Source of the DNA: Acidobacteriota bacterium
Lineage (GTDB): Bacteria; Acidobacteriota; Vicinamibacteria; Vicinamibacterales; SCN-69-37
Reading direction: 5' to 3'
Length of the DNA: 64,000 nucleotides
NCBI GenBank assembly: GCA_020853395.1
Contig: JADYYY010000002.1
Span: 20,609-84,608, forward strand
The notes beneath the pieces were generated by a model. It worked only from the letters and a program-made list of their open reading frames with translations. It ran no database searches and was not told the DNA's origin. The position numbers and the translations under genes were made by a program. This document shows, one piece after another, positions 1 through 14,662 of the stretch (its first letter is position 1; every line of letters begins with the position of its first letter).

Positions 1-177
1 CGTCCACGCCGGGCATCTTGATGTCGAGGAAGACCAGATCCGGCGCCTCGCGATCGACGAGGGCGAGGGCTTCGGAACCCGAGCCCGCGAGCTGCACGTC
101 GTGCCCTTCGTACTCGAGAATCATCCGCATCGCATCCCGGATGGCGGGTTCGTCGTCGACGACGAGAATCCGGGCCT

Positions 178-181
<4 letters not shown>
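1..181 (-). CDS. Response regulator receiver (REC) domain protein, N-terminal part only (gene runs off the left edge)
   Basis: Reverse-strand ATG at 181..179 reads MKARILVVDDEPAIRDAMRMILEYEGHDVQLAGSGSEALALVDREAPDLVFLDIKMPGVD. This shows the acidic pocket (DD) and phospho-acceptor Asp context (FLDIKMP) of CheY-like receivers. ATGA start/stop overlap with htrA. Confidence 0.85.
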
Positions 182-4772
<4,591 letters not shown>

Positions 4773-4788
4773 TCAAAACCTGCCGGAA

Positions 4789-5604
4789 TCAGACCATAGG
4801 TTTCGCCGGGGTGTCAACGCGCGGAAGCGTCACGCGGAACAGCACGGCGAAGTTCGACGCGAGCACGGACACGAGATCCGGCTCGGACATGCGCCGCGTG
4901 GCGGCGAGGGCGCGCACGGTCTCGGTCACCCATGCGGGCTCGTTGCGCTGGCCGCGCCGCGGCACCGGCGCCAGATACGGCGCATCCGTTTCGACGAGCA
5001 GCCGATCGATCGGCACGAACGCGGCGACGTCGCGCAGGTCGGCGGCGCGCGGAAACGTCACGATGCCGGAGAACGACAGGTAGAAGCCAAGGTCCAACGC
5101 GCGCCGCGCCTCGTCGCGCGTGCCCGTGAAGCAGTGCAGCACGCCGCGGACGCCGGGTGCGCTCTGGAGCACGGCGTGCGTGTCGTCGGCTGCCTCACGC
5201 GTGTGGACGACCACCGGCAGGTCCCTGGACGCCGCAACGGCCACCTGCGCCGCGAACACGTCCCGCTGCACGCCGCGGGGCGAGAAGTCGTAGTGGTAGT
5301 CGAGGCCGACCTCGCCGACGGCAATCGCGCCGGTTCGCTCGAGCGCGGCCGTCACGACCTCCGCAGCCCGCGCGGCATCGGCCGCCCCGGCGCCGGCCCG
5401 GTGCGGGTGAATCGCGGTGGCGAACCACACCGCGGGCCAGACCTCGCGCACGGTCGCAGCCCGCGTCAACTCGTCAGGATCGTCGGCCGACAGGATGCAG
5501 AGCGCCCCGCCGAGCCCGGCCTCGCGGGCGCGTGCGGCCACCTCCGATAGGTCGGCCGCAAACGCCTCGTCAGCGAGATGACAGTGCGAGTCGACGAGGC
5601 TCAC
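4789..5604 (-). CDS. TatD-family metal-dependent hydrolase
   Basis: 271 aa from GTG 5604 (VSLVDSHCHL). Motifs GEVGLDY, VVHTREA and LVETDAPYL. GTGA overlap with the metG stop. Confidence 0.88.
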   Translation of the reverse strand: MSLVDSHCHLADEAFAADLSEVAARAREAGLGGALCILSADDPDELTRAATVREVWPAVWFATAIHPHRAGAGAADAARAAEVVTAALERTGAIAVGEVGLDYHYDFSPRGVQRDVFAAQVAVAASRDLPVVVHTREAADDTHAVLQSAPGVRGVLHCFTGTRDEARRALDLGFYLSFSGIVTFPRAADLRDVAAFVPIDRLLVETDAPYLAPVPRRGQRNEPAWVTETVRALAATRRMSEPDLVSVLASNFAVLFRVTLPRVDTPAKPMV

Positions 5605-7589
5605 CGAATCCTGGTGCCAGGGGCGGGCTGCCCGTCGAACGCCACGAGCATCGGCCGGCCGTCTGCCCCGCTGGCCGCGAGGATCATGCCGTTCGACTCG
5701 ATGCCCATCAGCTTCGCCGGTTTGAGGTTCGCGACGATGCCGACGGTGCGGCCGACGAGCGTCTCGGCGTCGTACGCCTCGGCGATGCCGGCGACGATGG
5801 TGCGCTGTTCGGTCCCGAGATCGATCGCGAGCTTCATCAGCTTCTTCGAGTTCGGAACGCGTTCGGCGCTGAGCACCCGGGCCACGCGAAGATCGATCTT
5901 CATGAACTGATCGATGTCCACGCGGGCGTCGTCGGAGGCCGGCGCCGCTGCGGCAGGCGCTGCGGCCGTTGGCGCGGGCGAGGCTGGCGCCGGCGCCGCG
6001 GGAGGTGGCACGTCTTTCGGCAGTTCGGTCACTCGGATCTCCTTCGCCGGCGCGCCGGCAGTGGGCGCCGGCTGCTCGAGCCGGGGCCAGAGTGCGTCGC
6101 CGCGCACGACGTCTCGCTCGCCGGCGGTCAGCAACTGCGCGTCGCGCTCGAGGCGCAGATCGCTCGTCCGCCGGACCGGCGCGCCGATGCGCTCGAGAAT
6201 GGTCTGGCACGAGCCGGGCATCACGGGGCTCAGCAGCACCGCCGCGATGCGCAGCGCCTCGGCGCTCGTCCAGAGCACGCGATCGAGATCGCGGTCGCGG
6301 CCCTGCTTCGCGAGCGCCCACGGCTCGCTCGCCGCGATGTACTCGTTCGTGGCGTCGACGAGGCGGAACGCGTCGTGGCACGCGCGATCGAGCGCGAGTT
6401 GGTCCATGTTGGCCCGGTACGACGCGACGAGCGCGGCGGCGGTGTCGGGAAGCCGATCGGCGCCGGCTACGGCCACGAGGCGTCCGCCGCGGTACCGCTC
6501 GGCCATCGCCGTGATCCGGTTGACGAGGTTCCCCAGGTTGTTGGCGAGATCGACGTTGTACTTCTCGTCGAACCGCTCCCAGGAGAAGTCACCGTCCGAG
6601 CCGAAGACGACTTCCTTGGCGAGATACAGCCGCAGCGGATCGGCGCCGCGCCGATGGGCGGCCTCAGCCGGGTCGATGATGGTCCCAGGGATCGACTTGC
6701 TCATCCGCTGGCCGTCCTTGGTCATGAACCCGTGACCGAAGATGCGGCGTGGAAGCGGCAGCTTCGCCGCCATCAGCATCGCGGGCCAGATCACGGCGTG
6801 GAACCGCGTGATGTCCTTGCCGATGACGTGCAGGTCGGCAGGCCACCATCGTTCGAAGAGGGCGGGATCGGTGCCGAGCCCGACCGCAGACGCGTAGTTG
6901 ATGAGCGCATCGAACCAGACGTAGACCACGCTCCCCGCGTCGAACGGCAGCGGGATGCCCCACGACTGTCCCGCGCGGCTCACCGACACGTCCTCGAGGC
7001 CGCTCTCGAGCAGCCGCAGGATCTCGTTGCGCCGGATGTCGGGCTCGAGGAATTCAGGATGCTCGGTGAAGTGCTCGATCAGCGGCTGCTGGTATTTCGA
7101 CAGGCGGAAGAAGTAGTTGCGTTCCTCGAGCCATTGCGGCTCGGACTGCGGGTGCAGCGGACAGCGCCCGTCGACGAGATCCTTCTCCTGTTTGAACGCC
7201 TCGCAGCCGACGCAATACCAGCCTTCGTACGTGCCCTGGTAGATGTCGCCGGCCTCATGGAGCCGCAACGCGAGGTCCGTCACCCCCGCTTTGTGCCGCG
7301 GTTCGGTCGTGCGGATGAAGTCGTCGAAGGAGATGTCGAGGCTCCGCCAGGCTCGGCGGAACTCTTCCTCCATGCGATCGCAGTAGGCAATCGGATCGAG
7401 CCCGGCTTCGGCGGCCTGCTTGAACACGTTCTGCGAGTGCTCGTCGTTGCCCATGAGAAAGCGCACGTCGAACCCGGCCAGGCGCTTGTACCGGGCGATG
7501 ACGTCGGCCGCCACCTTCTCGTACGCCGTGCCGAGGTGCGGCCGGCTGTTCACGTAGTCGATCGCGGTCGTGAGGAAGAATCGAGGCAT
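5601..7589 (-). CDS. metG: Methionyl-tRNA synthetase with C-terminal tRNA-binding domain
   Basis: 662 aa. Class I signatures (HLGTAY in the HIGH position, RMSKS for KMSKS). C-terminal EMAP/Trbp111-like domain (VARVLSAERVPNSKKLMKLAIDLG). Confidence 0.95.
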   Translation of the reverse strand: MPRFFLTTAIDYVNSRPHLGTAYEKVAADVIARYKRLAGFDVRFLMGNDEHSQNVFKQAAEAGLDPIAYCDRMEEEFRRAWRSLDISFDDFIRTTEPRHKAGVTDLALRLHEAGDIYQGTYEGWYCVGCEAFKQEKDLVDGRCPLHPQSEPQWLEERNYFFRLSKYQQPLIEHFTEHPEFLEPDIRRNEILRLLESGLEDVSVSRAGQSWGIPLPFDAGSVVYVWFDALINYASAVGLGTDPALFERWWPADLHVIGKDITRFHAVIWPAMLMAAKLPLPRRIFGHGFMTKDGQRMSKSIPGTIIDPAEAAHRRGADPLRLYLAKEVVFGSDGDFSWERFDEKYNVDLANNLGNLVNRITAMAERYRGGRLVAVAGADRLPDTAAALVASYRANMDQLALDRACHDAFRLVDATNEYIAASEPWALAKQGRDRDLDRVLWTSAEALRIAAVLLSPVMPGSCQTILERIGAPVRRTSDLRLERDAQLLTAGERDVVRGDALWPRLEQPAPTAGAPAKEIRVTELPKDVPPPAAPAPASPAPTAAAPAAAAPASDDARVDIDQFMKIDLRVARVLSAERVPNSKKLMKLAIDLGTEQRTIVAGIAEAYDAETLVGRTVGIVANLKPAKLMGIESNGMILAASGADGRPMLVAFDGQPAPGTRIR

Positions 7590-7643
7590 GGCGACGGCCG
7601 GCCACGACTGGCCGACCTCTGATTGTACAGGAAGGCCTCGATC

Positions 7644-9068
7644 CTATCGGTCGCGGCGGCCTGCGGCTGCGGTGTGCCAGGCCTGCATCGCGTCGGCCTG
7701 GACGTGCTTGACGGGTCGCCCCGTCGCCTCGGCGATGCGCACGCAGTCGTCGAACTCCGGAGCGGCGTTGAGGACTTCCCCGCCGCGCGTGCCGATCTTC
7801 ATCCGGACCACGCCGCCCAGCACCGAGACGTCTTCCCAGTGCCGCTCCAACGTCTCGCGTTCCATCCGCTCGAACCGCACGCCGAGCGTCGTCGTCTCGC
7901 GGAACAGCACGTCCGCGATGGCCTGCCGGCGGTCCTCCGGGCCGAGCACCGTGACCAGCGTACCCGGCCGGTTCTTCTTCATCTGGACAGGCGTCAGGAA
8001 CACGTCGAGCGCCCCTTGCGCCGACAGCCGCTCCATGGCCGGCGCGAAGAGTTGCGGGCTCATGTCGTCGATCTCGCATTCGATCTTCACGATCGACTCG
8101 GCCGAGCCCGCACCGGTGGCCGCCGCGCGTTCGCCGATCACGACGCGCACGACGTTCGGCACGTCGCGGAAATCGCGCGTGCCGGCGCCGTAGCCGACGT
8201 GCTCGATGCGCATGGGAGGCAGGGCCCCATAGCTCTTCGCATAGCCCGAGACGAGCAGCGCCCCGGTCGGTGTGAGCAGCTCGACCTGCGGTCCGGCGCT
8301 GTACACGGGCGCGCCGGTGATCAACCGCGCCGTCGCGGGTGCCGGTACTGGATAGCGGCCGTGCGCGATCTCGACGGTGCCGCCGCCGACGTTGACCGGC
8401 GACGCGACCACGTCGTCGATCCCGAACCACTCGAAGGCGAACACGTTGCCGACGATGTCGATGATCGAGTCGAGGGCGCCAACCTCGTGGAGGTGGACTT
8501 CGTCGAGCGGCATGTCGTGAATCGCCGCTTCTGCCTCGCCGAGGCGGTGGAACAGCGCCTTCGCGCGCGCCTTCCCCGCCGCGGACAACGACGAGTGATC
8601 GATCAGATGGGCGATCTCGTGCAGCGTCCGGTGCCCATCGGCGCCGTGCGCGTGCGGATGGCTGTGGCCACGGCCGCCGCCGTGGTCGTGCCCGTGATGA
8701 TGATGGCCATGGTCGTGCTGGTGATCGTGATCGTGGTGGTGGTGATGATCGTGATCGTGGTGATGGGAGTGGTGCTCGCGATCGGCGTGGTGGTCCGCCT
8801 CACCATGGTGGCCGTGGGCGTGCGGCGCCGCGCCGGCATCGGTGGGCGGCGCGCTCGACGCGGCCGGACGATGCGGATCGAGGACCTGCACGGAGGTGGC
8901 GGAGATGCCCGCGCGGATGACGCGCGTGACGCGGAGCTCGTGGTCCACGGCGAGGCTGCCGAGCGCCCGCTGGAGCGCCTCGAGCGGCAGGCCCGCATCG
9001 AGGAACGCGCCCAGCAACATGTCGCCGGCGGCGCCCGAGAAGCAGTCGAGGTACATCACACGTCCCAT
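7644..9068 (-). CDS. larC: LarC-type nickel insertion protein (DUF111; pyridinium-3,5-bisthiocarboxylate mononucleotide nickel chelatase family)
   Basis: 474 aa from ATG 9068. N-terminus MYLDCFSGAAGDMLLGAF is typical of LarC. A His/Asp-rich insert of about 64 residues follows, and the C-terminal half is conserved. The start overlaps the radC stop by 1 nt. Confidence 0.85.
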   Translation of the reverse strand: MGRVMYLDCFSGAAGDMLLGAFLDAGLPLEALQRALGSLAVDHELRVTRVIRAGISATSVQVLDPHRPAASSAPPTDAGAAPHAHGHHGEADHHADREHHSHHHDHDHHHHHDHDHQHDHGHHHHGHDHGGGRGHSHPHAHGADGHRTLHEIAHLIDHSSLSAAGKARAKALFHRLGEAEAAIHDMPLDEVHLHEVGALDSIIDIVGNVFAFEWFGIDDVVASPVNVGGGTVEIAHGRYPVPAPATARLITGAPVYSAGPQVELLTPTGALLVSGYAKSYGALPPMRIEHVGYGAGTRDFRDVPNVVRVVIGERAAATGAGSAESIVKIECEIDDMSPQLFAPAMERLSAQGALDVFLTPVQMKKNRPGTLVTVLGPEDRRQAIADVLFRETTTLGVRFERMERETLERHWEDVSVLGGVVRMKIGTRGGEVLNAAPEFDDCVRIAEATGRPVKHVQADAMQAWHTAAAGRRDR

Positions 9069-9757
9069 CACAGCACCTTGAGTTCCTTGAACGACCGGTA
9101 CTCCGCGTCGGTCAGAATCAGATGATCGAGCAGATCGATGCCGATCAGAGCGCCGGCGCGCTGCAGCCGTTCGGTCAGCAGCACGTCGTCTCGGCTCGGC
9201 GTCGGGTCGCCGGACGGGTGGTTGTGGAACGCCACGACCGACACCGCGCCCGCCACGATCGCGCCGCGGAAGACCTCCCGCGGGTGCGCGACGCTCGCAT
9301 CCAACGATCCTACCGAGATCAACTGCGTCGAGAGAAGCCGGTAGCGGGCGTCGAGCAGCAGCACGCCGAACCGTTCGACCGGATGGGCGCCGTACAGCGG
9401 CAGGAGGAACGCGGCGAGGTCGCGCGGATGCCGGAACTGCGGGCGAGCGCGCCGCGGTCCCGAGAGCGTGCGGCGGCCGAGCTCGATGGCCGCCGCGATG
9501 CGGCTGGCCTGGGCCGGTCCGACGCCCGGCAGGCTGGCGAGTTGATCGCGATGCATGCGGGTCAGGCCGGCGGAGCCGGCCGCGAGCGAGAGGATGGTGT
9601 TGGCGATCGCCAACGCGTCGGCGCCGCGGCCGCCGTGGCCGAGCAACACGGCGAGCAGCTCGTTGTCGCCGAGCGAGTGGGCCCCGCTGCGCTCCAGCTT
9701 CTCGCGCGGTCGATCCTGCGGCGCGAGCGCCGCGATGGTACCAGGGTGTCGTGCCAA
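9068..9757 (-). CDS. radC: RadC-like JAB/JAMM domain protein (UPF0758)
   Basis: 229 aa. HhH-like N-terminal part and JAMM-type motif HNHPSGDPTPSRDD. Confidence 0.88.
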   Translation of the reverse strand: MARHPGTIAALAPQDRPREKLERSGAHSLGDNELLAVLLGHGGRGADALAIANTILSLAAGSAGLTRMHRDQLASLPGVGPAQASRIAAAIELGRRTLSGPRRARPQFRHPRDLAAFLLPLYGAHPVERFGVLLLDARYRLLSTQLISVGSLDASVAHPREVFRGAIVAGAVSVVAFHNHPSGDPTPSRDDVLLTERLQRAGALIGIDLLDHLILTDAEYRSFKELKVL

Positions 9758-9779
9758 GGGCTGCTATACTCCACGGCGA

Positions 9780-10325
9780 ATGTTCTGGCGACGTCTCTGC
9801 GCCGTCGCGCTGGCGATCGGCGTACTGGGCTGTTCTGAACCCCCACTGAAAGAACGACAACAAGCGGAAGGCGCCGTGGCCGCGGCTCGTGCTGCCGGCG
9901 CGGACACGTACGCGCCGGCCGAACTGCGGGCAGCCGAACAGGCACTCGCCGGCTACGAGGCCGCCGTCCAGCAGCGCGACTACCGGCAGGCGCTGCGCTT
10001 CGCTGTCGAAGCGCGCAACGGCGCCTACGAGGCGGCCAAGCGCGCAGCCGACGAGAAGGCGGCCGCGCGCAGCCGCGCCGAGCAGTTGCTGGCCTCGTTC
10101 GACGATCTGGTCCGCGCCGCCAGCACACGGCCGACCGCCTCCCGGGCGGCCGCCGAGCGGCTTCGCGCCGGCGTCAAATCCGCGACCGCCACTCTGCAAA
10201 AGGCGCGCTCACTGGTCGAACAGCAGCAGTACGGGCAGGCGATCGCCGTGCTCACGCCGGCGATCGAGGCATTCAAGGCGGAACCGGCGGCTTCGCCGGG
10301 CCCGGCGGGCCGGCGCGCGCCCTAG
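9780..10325 (+). CDS. Lipoprotein with Ala-rich helical domain (DUF4398-like)
   Basis: 181 aa from ATG 9780. Signal peptide plus lipobox AIGVLGC|S. The remainder is Ala/Arg/Glu-rich helical repeats (AELRAAEQALAGYEAAVQQRDY). Confidence 0.7.
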   Translation: MFWRRLCAVALAIGVLGCSEPPLKERQQAEGAVAAARAAGADTYAPAELRAAEQALAGYEAAVQQRDYRQALRFAVEARNGAYEAAKRAADEKAAARSRAEQLLASFDDLVRAASTRPTASRAAAERLRAGVKSATATLQKARSLVEQQQYGQAIAVLTPAIEAFKAEPAASPGPAGRRAP

Positions 10326-10386
10326 CCTGGGGCGCCGGCATTGCAGCCCTTCGAGTCTCCGGCGGCGCCAGCCGATTGAAAGAACT

Positions 10387-11193
10387 TCAACGCCACCAGG
10401 CGATGTCGGCGACGATCTCCGCCCAGCCGGTGAGCCAGATGGTCTCGTCGGTCCACTCCACATGTTGCGCGCCGCCCGGCGATTCGACCGTCACGTCGCG
10501 GGCTGCGCCCCCGGCGAACGCCGACGCCACGGCGGCAGCGCAGGCGCCCGTGCCGGAGGCCTCGGTTGGGCCGACACCCCGTTCCCAAATCAGGATGCGA
10601 ACGTGGCCCGGACCGCGAACATCGGCCAGCTCGACGTTGCTGCCCTCGGGGAACGCCGGATGCACGCTGAGGCCGGCCGCAAGCCCATGTAACCGTTCTT
10701 CGGTCGCTGGACCGAGAACGACACATTGGGGATTGCCGACTCGCAGCGCGATCACGTCGACCTCCTCGTCATGGACGCGGAGCCGAAGCCGGCGAAGATC
10801 CGTCGGCGCCCCCATGTCAGCACGGAAGGTGAACCGTCGCGTGGAGGCCTCGAGCAGATCGAGGCGCTTCGGGCCGGCCGCCGTCTCGATGACGATGCGA
10901 TCGCCGGCTTGGAGCCCGCGGCGGCTCGCGAGCCATGCCGCGGCACAGCGCACGCCGTTGCCCGACACCTCGGCTCGGCTGCCGTCGGCATTGAACAGTT
11001 GCGTGCTGGCGCCCTCCGTGGTGTCTTCCACCAGCATCAGCCCGTCGGCGCCGATCCCTCGATGGCGATCGCAGGCCTGTCGAGCGAGGGCAGGCAGGTC
11101 CTGCTCGGCCGAAACGTCGGCCGCGTGCACCAGCAGGAAGTCGTTGCCGTAGGCGTGGGCCTTGACGAGCGCGATCGACGGGCGGCCGGTCAC
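10387..11193 (-). CDS. dapF: Diaminopimelate epimerase
   Basis: 268 aa. GNDF motif and both catalytic-Cys contexts (SGNGVRC, ASGTGACAA). Confidence 0.92.
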   Translation of the reverse strand: MTGRPSIALVKAHAYGNDFLLVHAADVSAEQDLPALARQACDRHRGIGADGLMLVEDTTEGASTQLFNADGSRAEVSGNGVRCAAAWLASRRGLQAGDRIVIETAAGPKRLDLLEASTRRFTFRADMGAPTDLRRLRLRVHDEEVDVIALRVGNPQCVVLGPATEERLHGLAAGLSVHPAFPEGSNVELADVRGPGHVRILIWERGVGPTEASGTGACAAAVASAFAGGAARDVTVESPGGAQHVEWTDETIWLTGWAEIVADIAWWR

Positions 11194-11197
11194 GACG

Positions 11198-11962
11198 TTA
11201 CTTCCGGCACCGCGCGAGCAGATGCCAGCCCCAGCGCCGAACCCACGCGCGCGGCATCGCGTTGAACGGGCCGACGAATGCGAGGTTGTAGAGCACGCCC
11301 TTCCAGCCCTTGTGCAGGCGGCTCTTCACGGGGAACCGTTCCGGGATGATCTCCGTGGAGGCGAACGGGGCCAGCAGCCGGCGGAACTCGGGAATCGTAT
11401 AGCGCCGCAGCACCGGCGCATCCTCGTGCTCCAGCGGGACGCGCATGACCTTCGACAGCACCTGCAGCCACGATCGACGGTTGTACACCTGGAACAGCGC
11501 CAGACCACCCGGCCGCAGCACGCGATGACATTCCGCGACGACGCGTCGATCGTCGGCCGCGTATTGGACGACACCGTGTGCGTACACGAAGTCGAAGGTA
11601 CTGTCGGGAAACGGCAGCCGCTCCCCGTCGGCGACGGCGAGCACGGCGGTCGCCTGCTGCTGGTGCAGGTTCTGCCGCGTGAGGCGCACCGACTGCTCGG
11701 ACACGTCCACGCCGACGACGTGCGCGCCGCCGCGCGCGAATCGCACGACCTCTACGCCGGTGCCGCACCCGACGTCGAGCACGCGGCGGTCGCGCCAGGC
11801 GTCGAAATCGACGAGCGTGAGCAGGTGGTGCAGCTTCTCGAAGTGGTAGGCGTCGAGGTCCCGGAAGAACTCGAGCGTCCCGGGCGGATGGGGCGTCATC
11901 TCGAGGTCGTGGATGTGAGCGTCCCAGTAGCGGCGGACGCTCGAGCTCGAGACGTCGGGCAT
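11198..11962 (-). CDS. Class I SAM-dependent methyltransferase
   Basis: 254 aa. SAM-binding motif VLDVGCGTG, Methyltransf_11-like layout. Confidence 0.85.
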   Translation of the reverse strand: MPDVSSSSVRRYWDAHIHDLEMTPHPPGTLEFFRDLDAYHFEKLHHLLTLVDFDAWRDRRVLDVGCGTGVEVVRFARGGAHVVGVDVSEQSVRLTRQNLHQQQATAVLAVADGERLPFPDSTFDFVYAHGVVQYAADDRRVVAECHRVLRPGGLALFQVYNRRSWLQVLSKVMRVPLEHEDAPVLRRYTIPEFRRLLAPFASTEIIPERFPVKSRLHKGWKGVLYNLAFVGPFNAMPRAWVRRWGWHLLARCRK

Positions 11963-11991
11963 CGGCGAATACTATAGGTGACTTCGTACGG

Positions 11992-13611
11992 ATGCGAACA
12001 GATCCTCGAACCCTCGCCGGCACGCGTCTCGATCTGCTGATCGCCGGCGGCGGCATCCACGGGCTCTTCGCCGCGTACGACGCCGCGCTGCGCGGGCTGT
12101 CGGTCGCGCTCGTCGAGCGCGACGATTTCGGCAGCGGCCTGTCGTTCAACCACCAGCGCACGATCCACGGCGGGCTGCGCGACCTCGGCGCGGGACGGCT
12201 CGCCAAAGCCCGCCGGCAGATCCTCGAGCGCCGCCGATGGGTCCACATGGCGCCGCGGCTCGTTCGGCCGCTGCCGTTCGTGACAGGGACGGCCGGCGCG
12301 TTCGCACGTTCGCGCTGGGCGCTCGGGCTGGGGCTGCGGGCATACGATGCCCTCGGCCGATCGACGAGCGCCGGCGTGCCGGAGGCTCTGCGCCTGCCCC
12401 GCAGCCGGCTGCGCGCGGCGGCCTGGGCGCACGAGGCCGGCGCGGACTTGCCGCCTCGGGGCCTGACAGGCGTCGCGTGCTGGCACGACTACCAGACGCC
12501 GTTTCCGGATCGGCTGAACTGGCTCGTCGCGATGGCGGCGACGTCGGCCGGCGCCAGGCTCGTCAACTACGCCGAGATCGCCGGCGCGCTCGTCGAGAGC
12601 GGCCGCGTCGTCGGCGCGAAGGTGCGGGATCGAGTCACCGGCGAGACCATGGACGTGCCGGCCCAGGCGACGCTGCTGGCCGTCGGCAGCCAGCTCGGTC
12701 CCGTCGGGGCGCTGTTCGGGATTGCGGGCGCGCCGCCGCTCGTGCGCGCGATGAACCTCCTGCTCGCGCGGCCCGCGCCGCGCGTCGCGGTCGCGTCGCG
12801 CGGACCGTCCGGACGCATGCTGACGCTCGTGCCGTGGCTCGGTCGCGCGCTCGTCGGGACCTCGCAGTCGGCCGAGGCAATCGACGCGAACGAACACGTC
12901 CCGCCCGCGTCGGCCGTCGCAGAGCTGCTCGCGGACGTGAACGCGACGTTCCCGCGGCTCGCCGTGAGCCGCGACGATGTTGCGCTCGTGCAGCACGGGT
13001 TGGTGCCCGCCGAGCGCCGCCATGGCCGCCTCGAGCTGAAGGGCGAGCCCGAGATCGTCTCGTTCGCACCGCGCGGCACGCCCGGCCTCGCCACGCTCGT
13101 CGGCGTGAAGTTCACGACGGCGCGCCTCGCGGCCGAGCGCGCGATCGACCTCGTGTGCGCCGAGCGCGGCGATGCGGCGCGCCGCTCGGTGACGGGCTTG
13201 ACGCAGTTGCCCCACGCCGGGCTCGACGACGTCGCCGGCACGGCGCGTGCGGTGGTCGACGCGGCGGGCGCAGCGCTCGACGCCGAGTCGCTCGCCGCCC
13301 TGACGGAGGTGTATGGGACGGAGGCGCCGGCGGTGCTGGCGTTTTCAGCCGAGCGCGGGCTGCTGGAGCGACTCGTCCCGGAATCGCCTGTGCTGGCCGG
13401 CGAAATCGCCTATGCCGCCGAACATGCCGCCGCCGTCCGGTTGGCCGACGTCGTCCAGCGGCGCACGGTCCTTGGCGCCGCTGGCCATCCCGGCGAGCAC
13501 GCGCTGGTGCGCGCCGCCGAGATCATGGGCACCGTGCGTCGTTGGACGCCACAGGAACGTCAAGAGGAGATCCGCGAGGCAGCACGACGCTACGTGCTGC
13601 CGCAAGTGTGA
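11992..13611 (+). CDS. glpD: FAD-dependent glycerol-3-phosphate dehydrogenase/oxidase-like
   Basis: 539 aa. N-terminal FAD fold DLLIAGGGIHGLFAAYDAALRG followed by SGLSFNHQRTIHGGLRDL, as in GlpD/DAO family proteins. Confidence 0.78.
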   Translation: MRTDPRTLAGTRLDLLIAGGGIHGLFAAYDAALRGLSVALVERDDFGSGLSFNHQRTIHGGLRDLGAGRLAKARRQILERRRWVHMAPRLVRPLPFVTGTAGAFARSRWALGLGLRAYDALGRSTSAGVPEALRLPRSRLRAAAWAHEAGADLPPRGLTGVACWHDYQTPFPDRLNWLVAMAATSAGARLVNYAEIAGALVESGRVVGAKVRDRVTGETMDVPAQATLLAVGSQLGPVGALFGIAGAPPLVRAMNLLLARPAPRVAVASRGPSGRMLTLVPWLGRALVGTSQSAEAIDANEHVPPASAVAELLADVNATFPRLAVSRDDVALVQHGLVPAERRHGRLELKGEPEIVSFAPRGTPGLATLVGVKFTTARLAAERAIDLVCAERGDAARRSVTGLTQLPHAGLDDVAGTARAVVDAAGAALDAESLAALTEVYGTEAPAVLAFSAERGLLERLVPESPVLAGEIAYAAEHAAAVRLADVVQRRTVLGAAGHPGEHALVRAAEIMGTVRRWTPQERQEEIREAARRYVLPQV

Positions 13612-13644
13612 GGCGGATCCCGGCTGTTGCCCCGCTGGGCGGGC

Positions 13645-14490
13645 TCAGTTGACGCTGAATGCCTTGAACACCCAGGTGACGCCGGCCGTGAAGCCCCAGG
13701 CCGGATCGCGATCGGTGATCCCGATGGCGAACGCGCCGTCGAGCCGGATGGGACCGCGCGTCAGCCGCGACCCGATTCGCATCATGGAGCGGCTCTCGGT
13801 GCCCACCGGCGGCTCGCCCGATCGGGTGTTCAGTCGGCCGTTCAGCTCGCCCACGAGCTCGACGCCCGTGCGGACCGCACGCGCCACCGACACGCCGTAG
13901 TCGAGCACGTCGTTCTGCCGATCGCCGCGGACGGGATCCGGCAGGATGCCGAACCCGATGTTGCCCACGACACGGATCGACTGGGTCGTCTTCCCCACCG
14001 CCAGGCCGAAGTGGAAATCGGTCGTGTCGAGGCCGAGCCCGCTCTCGTTGCCGGCATTCGGCAGCCGCGTCCAGAAGCGCACCGCCACGGCCGGCCGCGT
14101 GGCCGTCTCGGAGACGAACCGGATCTTGGCGCCGATGGCGACGTCCTCGACGTCGCCCGTGCTCGTCGCCGTGTCGAGGTCGAGCATCGACGCCAGCGGC
14201 GCCGGCGTCATCTCGCTGATCGACAGCCGGTTGCGCAGCCCGCCGTCGATCTGGATCTCGGCGATCGGGCTCACGCCGAAGCTCAACCCGAACGTGCCCA
14301 CGCGCCACAGGTTGCCGCGCAGGCCGGAGGCCGGATAGGTCACGTCATGACCATGATCCAGGCCGGCCTCGAGCAGGATGTTGCCGCTCGGTACCGTCTC
14401 GGGATCTTCCGTCGTCAGCGGCCGGGACTGCGCCGACGCCGAAGCGGCGGCGACGAACAGGGCGGTCAGCACGCCGACGATCGTTTTCAT
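13645..14490 (-). CDS. Outer-membrane beta-barrel protein, function unknown
   Basis: 281 aa from ATG 14490 (MKTIVGVLTALFVAAASASA|QS). Alternating amphipathic Gly/aromatic-rich strands and no enzyme motif. Confidence 0.7.
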   Translation of the reverse strand: MKTIVGVLTALFVAAASASAQSRPLTTEDPETVPSGNILLEAGLDHGHDVTYPASGLRGNLWRVGTFGLSFGVSPIAEIQIDGGLRNRLSISEMTPAPLASMLDLDTATSTGDVEDVAIGAKIRFVSETATRPAVAVRFWTRLPNAGNESGLGLDTTDFHFGLAVGKTTQSIRVVGNIGFGILPDPVRGDRQNDVLDYGVSVARAVRTGVELVGELNGRLNTRSGEPPVGTESRSMMRIGSRLTRGPIRLDGAFAIGITDRDPAWGFTAGVTWVFKAFSVN

Positions 14491-14662
14491 GTTTCCCCAC
14501 CTGGTGCATCTGGGCATCGGATTCCTTCGTCTGCCACCTCGCGGCGGCGTCTTGATGATCGGTCATCTGCCATCGGCGCCAGCGTCGATCATGCGCCACG
14601 CCGATCGCACGCACTCATCGGGAGGGGAACTCAGCACGCACGACGTCCGTGAACGACTGCTC

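Noticed and set aside
5157-7622. An 821-aa plus-strand ORF, and many similar long ORFs (for example 214-2181, 2076-3764, 26672-28477, 28864-30021, 39638-40999, 41866-43092, 49589-50824).
   Set aside because: These are antisense or out-of-frame shadows of genes with clear family motifs. Their translations are Arg/Ala/Gly/Pro/Asp-rich with no recognisable domain, as expected for stop-poor frames in ~70% GC DNA.
8631-8822. A periodic CAC/CAT/GAC repeat that might be a tandem repeat or CRISPR-like array.
   Set aside because: It is in frame within larC and encodes the His/Asp-rich metal-binding insert. There are no spacers or repeat units of CRISPR size. The PAPEPP coding repeat at 53660-53725 is rejected for the same reason.
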